A program made the position numbers and the translations under genes. Source: an uncultured Coriobacteriaceae bacterium (GTDB lineage Bacteria > Actinomycetota > Coriobacteriia > Coriobacteriales > Eggerthellaceae). Taken from it: 64,000 nt of DNA. The notes under the pieces are model-generated. The model ran no database searches and was not told where the DNA came from. It was given only the letters and a program-made list of their open reading frames with translations. The stretch covers positions 2,044 through 66,043 of the forward strand of contig CASFII010000008.1 in assembly GCA_949294735.1 (NCBI GenBank), given 5' to 3'. This document shows positions 47,466-56,392 of the stretch, in pieces. The stretch's first letter is position 1. Every line of letters begins with the position of its first letter.

Positions 47466-47606
47466 TATGCCTCCAAATTTAGTAACCTTTACCTATGTAA
47501 GGGTTACTAAATTTTATACCATTTCCAAAGTTTTGGTGTACCAATATTGGAACACTTTTGACTCTTAGTCTCGGTATAATTGTTGCAAACTCGGAAAGGA
47601 TCCTCT

Positions 47607-48434
47607 ATGAACACAAACGACTGGAACCTTCCTTTTATTTCTAAGGAAGATTTTTATGAGCACGTTAAACAAACAGTTCGTACTTATCGTATGAGCATGG
47701 AAGCTTTTGACTTGAATAGACTTAACAGCAACATCGTTGACCCCATCAAGCTTCTTTTGGATAAATCTGTCTATAGAAAATCATGGGAAGACATTATTGA
47801 AGGAGAAATATTTCGTCAACGTGACAAAAGCAACAACAACAGCATTGGCTACTTTCACCAGCGAATTTTTTCTTACATCGAAGGCTGCGAAGTCCCCAAT
47901 GCTGGCTGGGACGTTATCTATAAAAACCCTGAGGGCATCCAGCTTGATGAAGGTTCAAAGGTTCATACGCTTTATATAGAAATGAAGAACAAGCACAACA
48001 CTATGAACTCTGCATCCGCAACCCGTACTTACAACAAATGTCAGGAACAACTCTTAGCCGACGACGATTGTGCATGTCTTTTGGTTGAAGCTATCGCAAA
48101 AAGTTCCCAGAACATTCCCTGGACGCTCAGGATTGGCGGCCAGCCCAAGAGTCATCGTCTAATTCGTCGTGTAAGTATGGATCGTTTCTATCAGCTAGTT
48201 ACGGGCGATCCCTTTGCTTTTCGTAAAGTTTGCTTAGCGCTTCCTGAGGCCATTGGTGCAGCTATTGACGAACTAGGAGATTCTGTTCTACCCCATGACA
48301 CCGCGTTTGAAGAATTGGAAAAGGATAGCGAAACGCGCGGGGTAGATTTTATCGACGCCTTGTATAATCTGGCATTTTCTTCTTATAACGGATTCTCTAG
48401 AACAGAATACGGAGTAATTTCGCTGGAAGAATAA
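47607..48434 (+). CDS. type II restriction endonuclease, probably Eco47II-family
   Basis: Divergent from the methyltransferase gene. Blocks NIVDPIKLLLD, RQRDKSNNNSIGYFHQ and EMKNKHNTMNS match my recollection of the Eco47II family. Not verified. Confidence 0.5.
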   Translation: MNTNDWNLPFISKEDFYEHVKQTVRTYRMSMEAFDLNRLNSNIVDPIKLLLDKSVYRKSWEDIIEGEIFRQRDKSNNNSIGYFHQRIFSYIEGCEVPNAGWDVIYKNPEGIQLDEGSKVHTLYIEMKNKHNTMNSASATRTYNKCQEQLLADDDCACLLVEAIAKSSQNIPWTLRIGGQPKSHRLIRRVSMDRFYQLVTGDPFAFRKVCLALPEAIGAAIDELGDSVLPHDTAFEELEKDSETRGVDFIDALYNLAFSSYNGFSRTEYGVISLEE

Positions 48435-48479
48435 AAGACAGGTAATTATTAGCAGAAAAGAAGCAACTAAGGAAACCTC

Positions 48480-48950
48480 ATGGCTATTGAAAAAGTGAAA
48501 GAGTACTTTAAGCAATTCGACATGGAGAACCGCATCTTGGAGTTTGCCACATCCAGCGCAACGGTTGAACTGGCTGCACAGGCGGTGGGCTGCGAACCTG
48601 CACGCATTGCGAAAACCCTTTCCTTTATGGTGAATGGCTCTCCCGTTCTGGTAGTTGCCGCAGGTGATGCCCGCATTGATAACCCTAAGTTCAAAGCCCA
48701 GTTTGCCTCTAAGGCCAAAATGCTTTCTGCTGAAGAAGCTGAGACTTTGGTTGGCCACGCCGTAGGCGGCGTGTGTCCCTTTGCCGTAAACGAAGGTGTA
48801 GCGGTTTATTTGGACGAATCGCTTAAACGCTTTGATACGGTATTTCCTGCTTGCGGAAGCAGCAACAGTGCCATTGAGCTTACGCCAGAGGAACTAGAGC
48901 GCTATTCGAACGCGATTGCCTGGGTAAACGTTTGTAAGAATTGGGAATAG
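48480..48950 (+). CDS. YbaK/EbsC-type aminoacyl-tRNA deacylase domain protein
   Basis: 156 aa. Block GHAVGGVCPFAV is typical of YbaK/ProX editing domains. Confidence 0.75.
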   Translation: MAIEKVKEYFKQFDMENRILEFATSSATVELAAQAVGCEPARIAKTLSFMVNGSPVLVVAAGDARIDNPKFKAQFASKAKMLSAEEAETLVGHAVGGVCPFAVNEGVAVYLDESLKRFDTVFPACGSSNSAIELTPEELERYSNAIAWVNVCKNWE

Positions 48951-49002
48951 TTAGTTAACCAAAAAATCCAGAAACTGGTGGGAAGTCACTGGTGACACAA
49001 AG

Positions 49003-49029
49003 AAGACGCACCCCATAGGGGCGCGTCTT
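49003..49029. terminator. hairpin between convergent ybaK-like and rubrerythrin genes
   Basis: AAGACGCACCCC-ATA-GGGGCGCGTCTT (one mismatch). Confidence 0.55.
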
Positions 49030-49114
49030 GGCGAATCAGGGAATGTTGCCCAAAAGTTTTAACAGCCTTGGGCGTGCTGTATTTTTCGTTAAGCTGTTAA
49101 GCCTCTAGAAAATC

Positions 49115-49675
49115 TTAGCCAAAGTAACGCTTCAACAGACCTTCGAAAGCCTTGCCGTGACGAGCTTCGTCGCGAGCCATTTCATGAACGGTATCATGAA
49201 TAGCGTCCAGACCAGCAGCCTTTGCGCGCTTAGCAAGATCGGTCTTACCAGCGGTTGCGCCGTTTTCGGCTTCGACACGCATTTCGAGGTTCTTCTTGGT
49301 GGAGTCGGTTACTACTTCACCCAGCAGTTCTGCAAACTTAGCAGCATGTTCTGCTTCTTCGTAAGCAGCCTTTTCCCAGTACAGACCAATTTCCGGATAG
49401 CCTTCGCGATGAGCAACGCGAGCCATTGCCAGATACATACCAACTTCAGAGCATTCGCCTTCGAAGTTAGCGCGCAGGTCAGCAACAATGTCTTCAGAAA
49501 CTTCAGGAAGCTTGCCAACACCTACTACGTGTTCAGCAGCCCAGGTCATTTCGGTTGCTTCCTGCTTAATAAAGCGGCTACCGTCAACACCGCACTGAGG
49601 GCACTTGAAGCCTTCAGGCAGTTCGTCGCCGTCGAATTCTTCTACATAACCACAAACGGGGCATACAAATTTCAT
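49115..49675 (-). CDS. reverse rubrerythrin (N-terminal rubredoxin-like domain plus ferritin-like diiron domain)
   Basis: CPVCGY...CPQCG at the N-terminus, followed by ExxH diiron motifs (EEAEHA, DEARHG). Confidence 0.85.
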   Translation of the reverse strand: MKFVCPVCGYVEEFDGDELPEGFKCPQCGVDGSRFIKQEATEMTWAAEHVVGVGKLPEVSEDIVADLRANFEGECSEVGMYLAMARVAHREGYPEIGLYWEKAAYEEAEHAAKFAELLGEVVTDSTKKNLEMRVEAENGATAGKTDLAKRAKAAGLDAIHDTVHEMARDEARHGKAFEGLLKRYFG

Positions 49676-49815
49676 CGTTCACTCCTAACGTTCATTAGAT
49701 TGAAATCTAACCCATGCCTATACTATACGACATTCTCGGGAAAAATGTAGCCTCGTTCACAAAAATGTTACTAAATTAGTATTATTTTTTGTTAGGGAAT
49801 CAATGGTAACGGTTT

Positions 49816-49878
49816 GGGACGTGTTTTTAAACCAGGGAACGTGTCTTTCGGACTATTAGAACCAGAAAGACACGCCCC
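49816..49878. repeat. REP-like palindromic element, copy B
   Basis: GGGACGTGTTTTTAAACCAGGGAACGTGTCTTTC-N15-GAAAGACACGCCCC, downstream of the P-type ATPase gene. Confidence 0.6.
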
Positions 49879-49906
49879 CATTAGTTTTTTTGAGCAAGTG
49901 ATTTCC

Positions 49907-51841
49907 TTATTTACGAGCTTTCCAACCTAATAAAAGCGAAGAGTTCAAAATGACAATTACTGAACCAACATTGTGTACCAAGGCTCCCGCAACAGGACCC
50001 AACAAACCCAAAACCGCGAGCAGTGTTGCCAGAATATTAATTCCCATAGCAAACGTTAAGTTGACCTTGATGGTGCGAATGGTGTGACGCGAAAGCTGAA
50101 TAAGATGACGCAATTCGCCTACAGAATCGTTCACCAACGCAATGTCCGAAGCATCTACTGCAATGTCACTACCTACGCCACCCATAGCAACACCCACAAA
50201 CGAACGGCGTAATGCTGGCGCATCGTTCACGCCGTCACCCACCATGCACACATATTGGTTGTTGCGTTCTGTCTTTTCGATATAAGAAAGCTTGTCGGCA
50301 GGCAGGCAGTTCGCATGTACTTCGCTTATTCCCAGGCTAGAAGCAATGGCATTGGCTGCGTGTTCGTTATCGCCTGTCAGAAGCACTGGTTTTATGCCTA
50401 TTTCCTTCAAATTTGAAACAGCTGAAGCACTATCTTCTCGCACCGTGTCAGCCAAAGCTACATAACCAACAACTACACCGTCTTTGGAAACGAATACCGT
50501 GGTATGCCCTTGTTCTGCGTGCGCCTGAGCAGCGGCAAGGCAACTTGGCGGAACAGAAATTCCTGCTTCATGCATCATCTCTTCATTGCCAACCAAAACG
50601 GTCTCACCATCAATCTGAGCTGAAACACCGCGTCCTAGCTTAAGTTCAAAATCTTCGGCTGGCTCAGCCGCTTCCCCAAACTCGGCGGCATAACAAGACA
50701 CCAGTGCCTGCCCCAAAGGGTGTTCGCTCCTACGTTCTGCACGAGCAGCCAACTTGTAGAGCTCTTCACGACTTCCCTGTTCAGCAAACACTTCAACCAC
50801 CTCAGGGTGACCATGAGTAAGCGTGCCTGTTTTGTCGAATGCAACATGTGTTACTTTCGCCAAGCGTTCGAGCGCATCCCCTTGGCGCGTCAAAAAGCCG
50901 TGTTTGGTAGCGTTGCCAATAGCTGCAACAATGGCGGTTGGCGTTGCCAGCACCAATGCGCAGGGACAGAACACAACCAGCACCGTAACGGAGCGAATGA
51001 TTTCACCCGTGATTAAGTAGCACAGTATGCTGATGCTAAGAGCAATCACCACAATCCACGTAGCCCACGCATCTGCAGTGCGCACAATTTTCGCCTTACC
51101 AGCATCAGCTGACTGAACCAAACGCACCATGCGCGCGAACGAACTATCTTCACCAATATGGGTGGCTCTGATGTCGATAGATCCGAACTGGTTGATAGAA
51201 CCGCTAACCACTTCGTCACCCACGGCCACATCCACCGGCAGCGATTCGCCTGTCATTACTGAGGTATCTACCGCAGAACTGCCCGACACTATTACGCCAT
51301 CAACCGCAATGGTCTCGCCAGGAAGCACACGAACCAGCGCGTTAGCGGGAACATCTTTGGCGTCAACCACGCGCTCTACGCCGTTTTCCACTAAACGTGC
51401 TGTGCGTGGCGTGAGTGCTACGAGACGCTCAATGCCCGCCCGACTGCGTTTAACGGTAACCTCTTCAAGAAAGCCACCTATTTGCATAATGAAAGCCACA
51501 ATGCCAGCAGCATCGTATTCTCCAATAACGATGGAAGCAATAAGAGCCAGCGAAACCAAAACGTCAGCTTTGATGTCGAACTCAGTAATGAGTGCAACGA
51601 CAGCTTCCAAAACGATAGGCAAACCACACAGCACAATAGCAATCCACGCCCAGTCAAATGGAAGCACATCAGGAGCCGCGAAGCTTAAAATGATGGCTAC
51701 GGCAGAAACAATTAAAAAGATTATGTCACGCGTCATGCCGCCAAAGCCCAATACGCTGTCTTCGAAATTGTGTAGCGCTTCATCCAGGCGAATTTTCCAG
51801 GTGGGACGCTTTGAAACTGCGACAGCTTCTTCACTGCTCAT
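49907..51841 (-). CDS. heavy-metal-translocating P1B-type ATPase without N-terminal metal-binding domain
   Basis: CPC in VVFCPCALVLATP, DKTGTLT, and GDGVNDAP. 644 aa. Confidence 0.9.
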   Translation of the reverse strand: MSSEEAVAVSKRPTWKIRLDEALHNFEDSVLGFGGMTRDIIFLIVSAVAIILSFAAPDVLPFDWAWIAIVLCGLPIVLEAVVALITEFDIKADVLVSLALIASIVIGEYDAAGIVAFIMQIGGFLEEVTVKRSRAGIERLVALTPRTARLVENGVERVVDAKDVPANALVRVLPGETIAVDGVIVSGSSAVDTSVMTGESLPVDVAVGDEVVSGSINQFGSIDIRATHIGEDSSFARMVRLVQSADAGKAKIVRTADAWATWIVVIALSISILCYLITGEIIRSVTVLVVFCPCALVLATPTAIVAAIGNATKHGFLTRQGDALERLAKVTHVAFDKTGTLTHGHPEVVEVFAEQGSREELYKLAARAERRSEHPLGQALVSCYAAEFGEAAEPAEDFELKLGRGVSAQIDGETVLVGNEEMMHEAGISVPPSCLAAAQAHAEQGHTTVFVSKDGVVVGYVALADTVREDSASAVSNLKEIGIKPVLLTGDNEHAANAIASSLGISEVHANCLPADKLSYIEKTERNNQYVCMVGDGVNDAPALRRSFVGVAMGGVGSDIAVDASDIALVNDSVGELRHLIQLSRHTIRTIKVNLTFAMGINILATLLAVLGLLGPVAGALVHNVGSVIVILNSSLLLGWKARK

Positions 51842-52152
51842 ATGAACTCCTACTTCGTTACTGATATACTAGTTAGTTAATGAACTCTATGTTCGTTATA
51901 ATTTGTACTTGAAGTTTGTTGTTAAGGGAATAAGCAGTTTTGTCGTAATGGAAGATACGGAACAAATTGCAGGTTTTGTACTGAAATTGATAGCGCCGCA
52001 CAGTTGCCAGTATTCGTAAGACTGGTGATACCGCATAGTTGGGTATACCTGCTAATTTGACCGCGTCTTTGAAGTGCTTGCGCGTCAAAGGCGGCCGCAC
52101 CGCGAAACCCGCCCCACCCCTTTGGCGTTAGAAATTAATACAAGGAAGCCTT

Positions 52153-52731
52153 ATGAACCCGAATGAATCTTTGCCATCTGAACAAACCCTAGATCGCCGC
52201 CAGAAGAAAACGCGGCGTGCTATTTATGCTGCCTTCGAAGAACTCATGGCTGAAAAACACTATCAACAAGTTACCGTTGCGCAAATAATTGAGCAAGCCG
52301 ACATTGGGCGCAGCACCTTCTATGCGCACTTTGAAACCAAAGATGATTTGCTGGAAGACATGTGCAAAGAAATGTTTGACCATATTTTCGAAGGCGTCAA
52401 CGAATACTGCGTGACCCACGCGGAACTTCAAACAGCTGATTTAGCAGGCAAGTTAGCCCATCTTCTTTATCATTTGCGCGATTCGCATAGTGGCGTCTGC
52501 GGCAAACTGGTTCGCGAAGGTGAGCCCCACTTTACCAATTACTTCGAAGAGCAGCTTTCTGTGTTATTTGAACGCGAACTACCCCAGCCTCCCGCTAATG
52601 TTCCTCAGGCACTTGCTACTAACATTGCTGTTGCCGCATTTTCTCACGCGACTGCATGGTGGTTCGAAAACGACACCCAGCATACACCTGAGGATCTAGC
52701 CCACTGGTTCTGTGCAATGCTTATTCACTGA
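52153..52731 (+). CDS. TetR/AcrR-family regulator
   Basis: HTH VTVAQIIEQADIGRSTFYAHFETKDDL. Divergent from the ATPase gene. Confidence 0.8.
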   Translation: MNPNESLPSEQTLDRRQKKTRRAIYAAFEELMAEKHYQQVTVAQIIEQADIGRSTFYAHFETKDDLLEDMCKEMFDHIFEGVNEYCVTHAELQTADLAGKLAHLLYHLRDSHSGVCGKLVREGEPHFTNYFEEQLSVLFERELPQPPANVPQALATNIAVAAFSHATAWWFENDTQHTPEDLAHWFCAMLIH

Positions 52732-52746
52732 GCGAAGGAAAGGAAA

Positions 52747-52838
52747 GGGAATCGGGGGAACCGAAAACCAGGGGGACGTGTATTTTGGGCTTTGAGAGCC
52801 AAAATGACACGTCCCCCTGGTTCTCGTCCCCCTAGGTT
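52747..52838. repeat. REP-like palindromic element, copy C (long form, ~45-bp arms)
   Basis: GGGAATCGGGGGAACCGAAAACCAGGGGGACGTGTATTTTGGC paired with GCCAAAATGACACGTCCCCCTGGTTCTCGTCCCCCTAGGTTC. Confidence 0.7.
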
Positions 52839-52849
52839 CTGGTTTTCCA

Positions 52850-52884
52850 AAACGCGAGGCCGGCACCTAAAAGGTACCGGCCTC
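52850..52884 (-). terminator. terminator of the M14 peptidase gene
   Basis: GAGGCCGGCACC-TAAAA-GGTACCGGCCTC, with a U-tract on the minus strand. Confidence 0.6.
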
Positions 52885-52915
52885 TTGCAAACTGCATATG
52901 CAGCAAGGAGAACAA

Positions 52916-55900
52916 TTAGTACGGGAAGTCTTCTCCCAAAACTTTGCTGTAAACTGCCGCGGTCAGGAAGCGATATTCGTCTTGCTGATGCGTCTTGTTT
53001 GTCAGCGAGTTCGCAAATACGGTCACGTTGTAGCCATTTTCATTGTAGTCAAACGCCTGAATGGTGTTCTTGTACGCCTCAATTGCGTCTGCGCTCATGA
53101 AGCCTTCAACGAAGTCATCACCCGTGGTGCTCATCAGCACCACTGCGCCTTCGGGTACTTCAGTAATGAAGCAGCCACCATAACCGTAAACCAGGTTGTC
53201 ACCTTCGGCTTCATACGTTGCGGTCACAATACTGTCACCTGAGTATTCAACGGTAGTCAGAGCGTCATAGCCAGCACCATCACTGTTGAACTCTAAACCA
53301 ATTCCCATAGTAGCAACCGATTCCAGGGCACCTTGGGTGTAGCCAACGTACGGCTTGCCTTCAGCTACCAGCGCAGCTTCTTCTTCGGTAAGCATCTGAT
53401 TACCAACAATCACGTCAGCTTCTTCCGCAGAGTCAACCAAGGTAAAGCCCATTTGCTCACTCAGTGCGAAGATGTCCCAGTTGTAGTTGGTGTTCAGACG
53501 ATTCGAGTAATCCTTCAAACCGTATTCTTCGCCGTTTTCGTACGTTGCATATTCATCAACTGCGCCCGGCACGTATACCTTAAGGTCAGACTTAATCAGT
53601 TGTGCAGGCACGGCTTCGCTAATCTTGTGGCCATTTAGCACATAGTCACCCTGGATACCTTCGAAGTCGCCAGCTGAAACAACATAGCTACCTTCATATT
53701 CCCCGTCGGTAATCAGGCCAACATTCTTACCGTCTGCCAGAAGAGCATTCACTGCCGTAATGGGCTCAACACCGTTGTTTTCAATCACCACATAGTCGCC
53801 TTCACCGTCTACATAGGTTTCCAGCGCGATAGCTTCTTCTACAGCTTCCAGAGAAGCACCGTCAAATGCGCCGACGGTTGTGATGATGTCGCAGTCAAAA
53901 CCACGCTGATCAGGGAAGTTGGTCACTGGTTCTGAATACAGGTCAGTCCAGTCATCAATAACCATGTTGTCATACAGGGCAGCATTTGCCATGTTGCGCT
54001 TGGCCTGGTGCATATCGATAACAATGTCGCCAGCCTTGTAAGTGGTCTCGCCTACGGCAAAGTCTTCGGTCAGTTGCTGAACTTTCACGTCGTTTCTGAG
54101 CAGGTATTCCACCATTTCCTCAGCGGCAGCCCTGTCTTGCTGCCCCTCAACAGAGGTAGGAATTACGTAGTATTCAGGGAAGAAATTATTGTTTTCTTCG
54201 TACTTCGGGCGGAAGACGTCAGCCTCAGCACCTGGTTCGTCAGACTGGCTTACGTAGTACTGACCAATTTCTTCAGCGTCAATGTTTTCAATGCCCCGTT
54301 CATAGCGTTCAAGCTGGTTCAGGAACATTTCGTCTTTGTTTTCTGCCACAAAGTCTGCGTTGCCGATGAAGCCATACTTGGTGGCTTGCGTAGCGTCCTG
54401 AGAACCATAGGGCAGTTCTACCGTATAGGCATTCGTACCGTGCAGCATGGCGTACTGCGGCGTGTAGCTGGAAGACATGTCGTCAAACGGAACCCATGAC
54501 TTGTTACCGTTTTCGTCAACCTTCAGATAGTCACGCATAGGAATCTGCACGCTGTTAATGCTGTCGTTATTCGCAATAGACGCTGCTGCAAACGCTTCAC
54601 CTTGTTCCATTGCGGTGTCGATGAACAGGTCATATTCGTTGTTCGGGTCGTGCGTCGGCGAACACGGTTCTACCTGATACTGCGTGTAGTAACCATGAAT
54701 TTCGTGTAAGGAGATAGGGTTCCATGTAGCAATCAGCTGCGTCATGGCTTGAGTTTCAGGCTGGGTCTGATACGTGTTGTCACGATTCAGGTCTAAGCCG
54801 TTGCCGCCCGTCCGTGTGTTATAGGTACGTCCGTCAACGTTTTCGGTGGGAACCAGAATGAAGAACACGTCTTCGAAGAGCTCATCAGGGTTAATCTGGG
54901 CATCTTCCAGGTTGTAGTAACTGGCGAATTCTTCTTCAGTCATGTCCACTGCTGCATCAGGGTTGTCGCGAAGGTCAGTTTCGTTCATCTTGCCTTCGCC
55001 CTGAATATATCCAACACCTGTCACGTCGTCAGCAATAAGTTCTGACCATACCGTGCCGTCTGCTTTCATTTCAGCTTCGAGCGTGCTTTCGCCCTTTTCG
55101 GTCAAGCTTTCAATAGTGGTGTAGTCAATGGGCTCGTTTTTAACGATCTCGCGGAGGAATTCCATGACGCCATCGGAACCGATGATTTCGTCAGAGTGAA
55201 TGTTGCTATACATAACGGGAACCTGGTATTCCAGCGTACCCGCTTCTACCTGCTCCTGCAAACCAGCAGGATCGGTTTCCATGGATTCGGTCAGCTCAAG
55301 ATAGTTGTTCAACGTGTCTTCAGACTTAGCAACAAACACCGCATTGATGTCTCTGCCTTCAGCCGATTCACCAATCTTTTCTACCTTGGCATACAGACCG
55401 TTGTTGTTTGCTTGTTGTACCAGCTCAGGAATTTCGGCATCAATTTCAGCCTGCGTCTTGTAGGAATCATATGGACGCACATCAACTTCAGCTACGCCTG
55501 CTTCTTTGCCGTCAATACTGCACGTCAGTTCATAGGTGCCGGTGTAGTCAAGAATGGTGTTACGCACCAAAGCCCTGTCTTGGTTATCAATGCTGTCATA
55601 ACCAAAGAACAGGTTTGTGTCGAACGTTAATTCGAGCGTGGTTTCCCCGTCTACTTCTGTTGCCTCAGTGGCAATGTCCGTGAAGAATTCCGTTTCTGGC
55701 TGGATTTCCGTGGCTACCGTCTTCCACTCTTCCAGAGTACCACCCAGGTTTTGATGCGGATACTGTTCGGGGTCTTGGGCACCTTCTTCACGCGAAAGAC
55801 TCCACGTAACTTTTCCTTCACTAATGAGCGTGGATAAATCTTCTACGCTTTTGTCTGCCACGGGCAGCGTTGCGCGGAACGATTTAGCCTCGGTCATCGA

Positions 55901-56044
55901 AATAACGCTGGATGCGTTTTCATCCGCACCTTCGGTAACGTTCTCAAACGTTATCGAAGAGGCGGTTCCTGTGCAGCCCGTTAAGGCAAACATAAGAGCA
56001 AACCCTGCTGCAGCTGCAACAACTGTGTGCTTCTTATTACTCAT
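52916..56044 (-). CDS. large M14-family zinc carboxypeptidase-like lipoprotein
   Basis: Lipobox FALTGC. HSDE (HxxE) zinc motif and GLDLNRDN block. ATG at 56044 after AAAAGGAGGGG. Confidence 0.75.
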   Translation of the reverse strand: MSNKKHTVVAAAAGFALMFALTGCTGTASSITFENVTEGADENASSVISMTEAKSFRATLPVADKSVEDLSTLISEGKVTWSLSREEGAQDPEQYPHQNLGGTLEEWKTVATEIQPETEFFTDIATEATEVDGETTLELTFDTNLFFGYDSIDNQDRALVRNTILDYTGTYELTCSIDGKEAGVAEVDVRPYDSYKTQAEIDAEIPELVQQANNNGLYAKVEKIGESAEGRDINAVFVAKSEDTLNNYLELTESMETDPAGLQEQVEAGTLEYQVPVMYSNIHSDEIIGSDGVMEFLREIVKNEPIDYTTIESLTEKGESTLEAEMKADGTVWSELIADDVTGVGYIQGEGKMNETDLRDNPDAAVDMTEEEFASYYNLEDAQINPDELFEDVFFILVPTENVDGRTYNTRTGGNGLDLNRDNTYQTQPETQAMTQLIATWNPISLHEIHGYYTQYQVEPCSPTHDPNNEYDLFIDTAMEQGEAFAAASIANNDSINSVQIPMRDYLKVDENGNKSWVPFDDMSSSYTPQYAMLHGTNAYTVELPYGSQDATQATKYGFIGNADFVAENKDEMFLNQLERYERGIENIDAEEIGQYYVSQSDEPGAEADVFRPKYEENNNFFPEYYVIPTSVEGQQDRAAAEEMVEYLLRNDVKVQQLTEDFAVGETTYKAGDIVIDMHQAKRNMANAALYDNMVIDDWTDLYSEPVTNFPDQRGFDCDIITTVGAFDGASLEAVEEAIALETYVDGEGDYVVIENNGVEPITAVNALLADGKNVGLITDGEYEGSYVVSAGDFEGIQGDYVLNGHKISEAVPAQLIKSDLKVYVPGAVDEYATYENGEEYGLKDYSNRLNTNYNWDIFALSEQMGFTLVDSAEEADVIVGNQMLTEEEAALVAEGKPYVGYTQGALESVATMGIGLEFNSDGAGYDALTTVEYSGDSIVTATYEAEGDNLVYGYGGCFITEVPEGAVVLMSTTGDDFVEGFMSADAIEAYKNTIQAFDYNENGYNVTVFANSLTNKTHQQDEYRFLTAAVYSKVLGEDFPY

Positions 56045-56273
56045 GCACCTTCCCCTCCTTTTCAATTTCTCGAGTTTGATTCTTCGTGCATAACCGCCGC
56101 GCGCAACCTAAATGCGGCACGACGTGAATGCATAGTACCAGTTTCTAGCTTGTTGTGAAGTATAAAATGCGTAAAATTTTAGAAAATTGCAAAATAATTC
56201 AATAATTTTATATTTATATGCAATTTTATAGAATTCCTATTCGAGCATATATACATATACTTGAGTAGTCTAG

Positions 56274-56307
56274 ACACAAAAAAGAAGGCGGAGCCAGTTC
56301 CGCCTTC
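56274..56307 (-). terminator. rho-independent terminator of the WYL regulator gene
   Basis: Minus strand reads GAAGGCGGA-N6-TCCGCCTTC followed by TTTTTTGT. Confidence 0.75.
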
Positions 56308-56392
56308 CCTTAGCAATTTTTTGTTCAGAGAGCCGTCTTAATATTCTTTCTTCGTCAAACCTTACCCGTACGACACCTTATTCGAACAAACC

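Noticed and set aside
49157-51845. Long antisense ORFs opposite rubrerythrin (49157..49750), the P-type ATPase (51129..51845, 50720..51016) and similar ones opposite the M14 peptidase (54008..54499, 55196..55630) and the enoate reductase (16857..17387).
   Set aside because: All lie opposite genes with unambiguous family motifs. They have low-complexity or Ser/Thr/Arg-biased products and no RBS, which is typical of shadow ORFs.
56100-56280. Very A+T-rich tract with AATTTT/GCAATTTTA reiterations upstream of the M14 peptidase gene, considered as a possible element remnant.
   Set aside because: It has no terminal repeats and no coding remnant. It is consistent with a curved, AT-rich promoter or spacer between a gene start and the neighbouring terminator.
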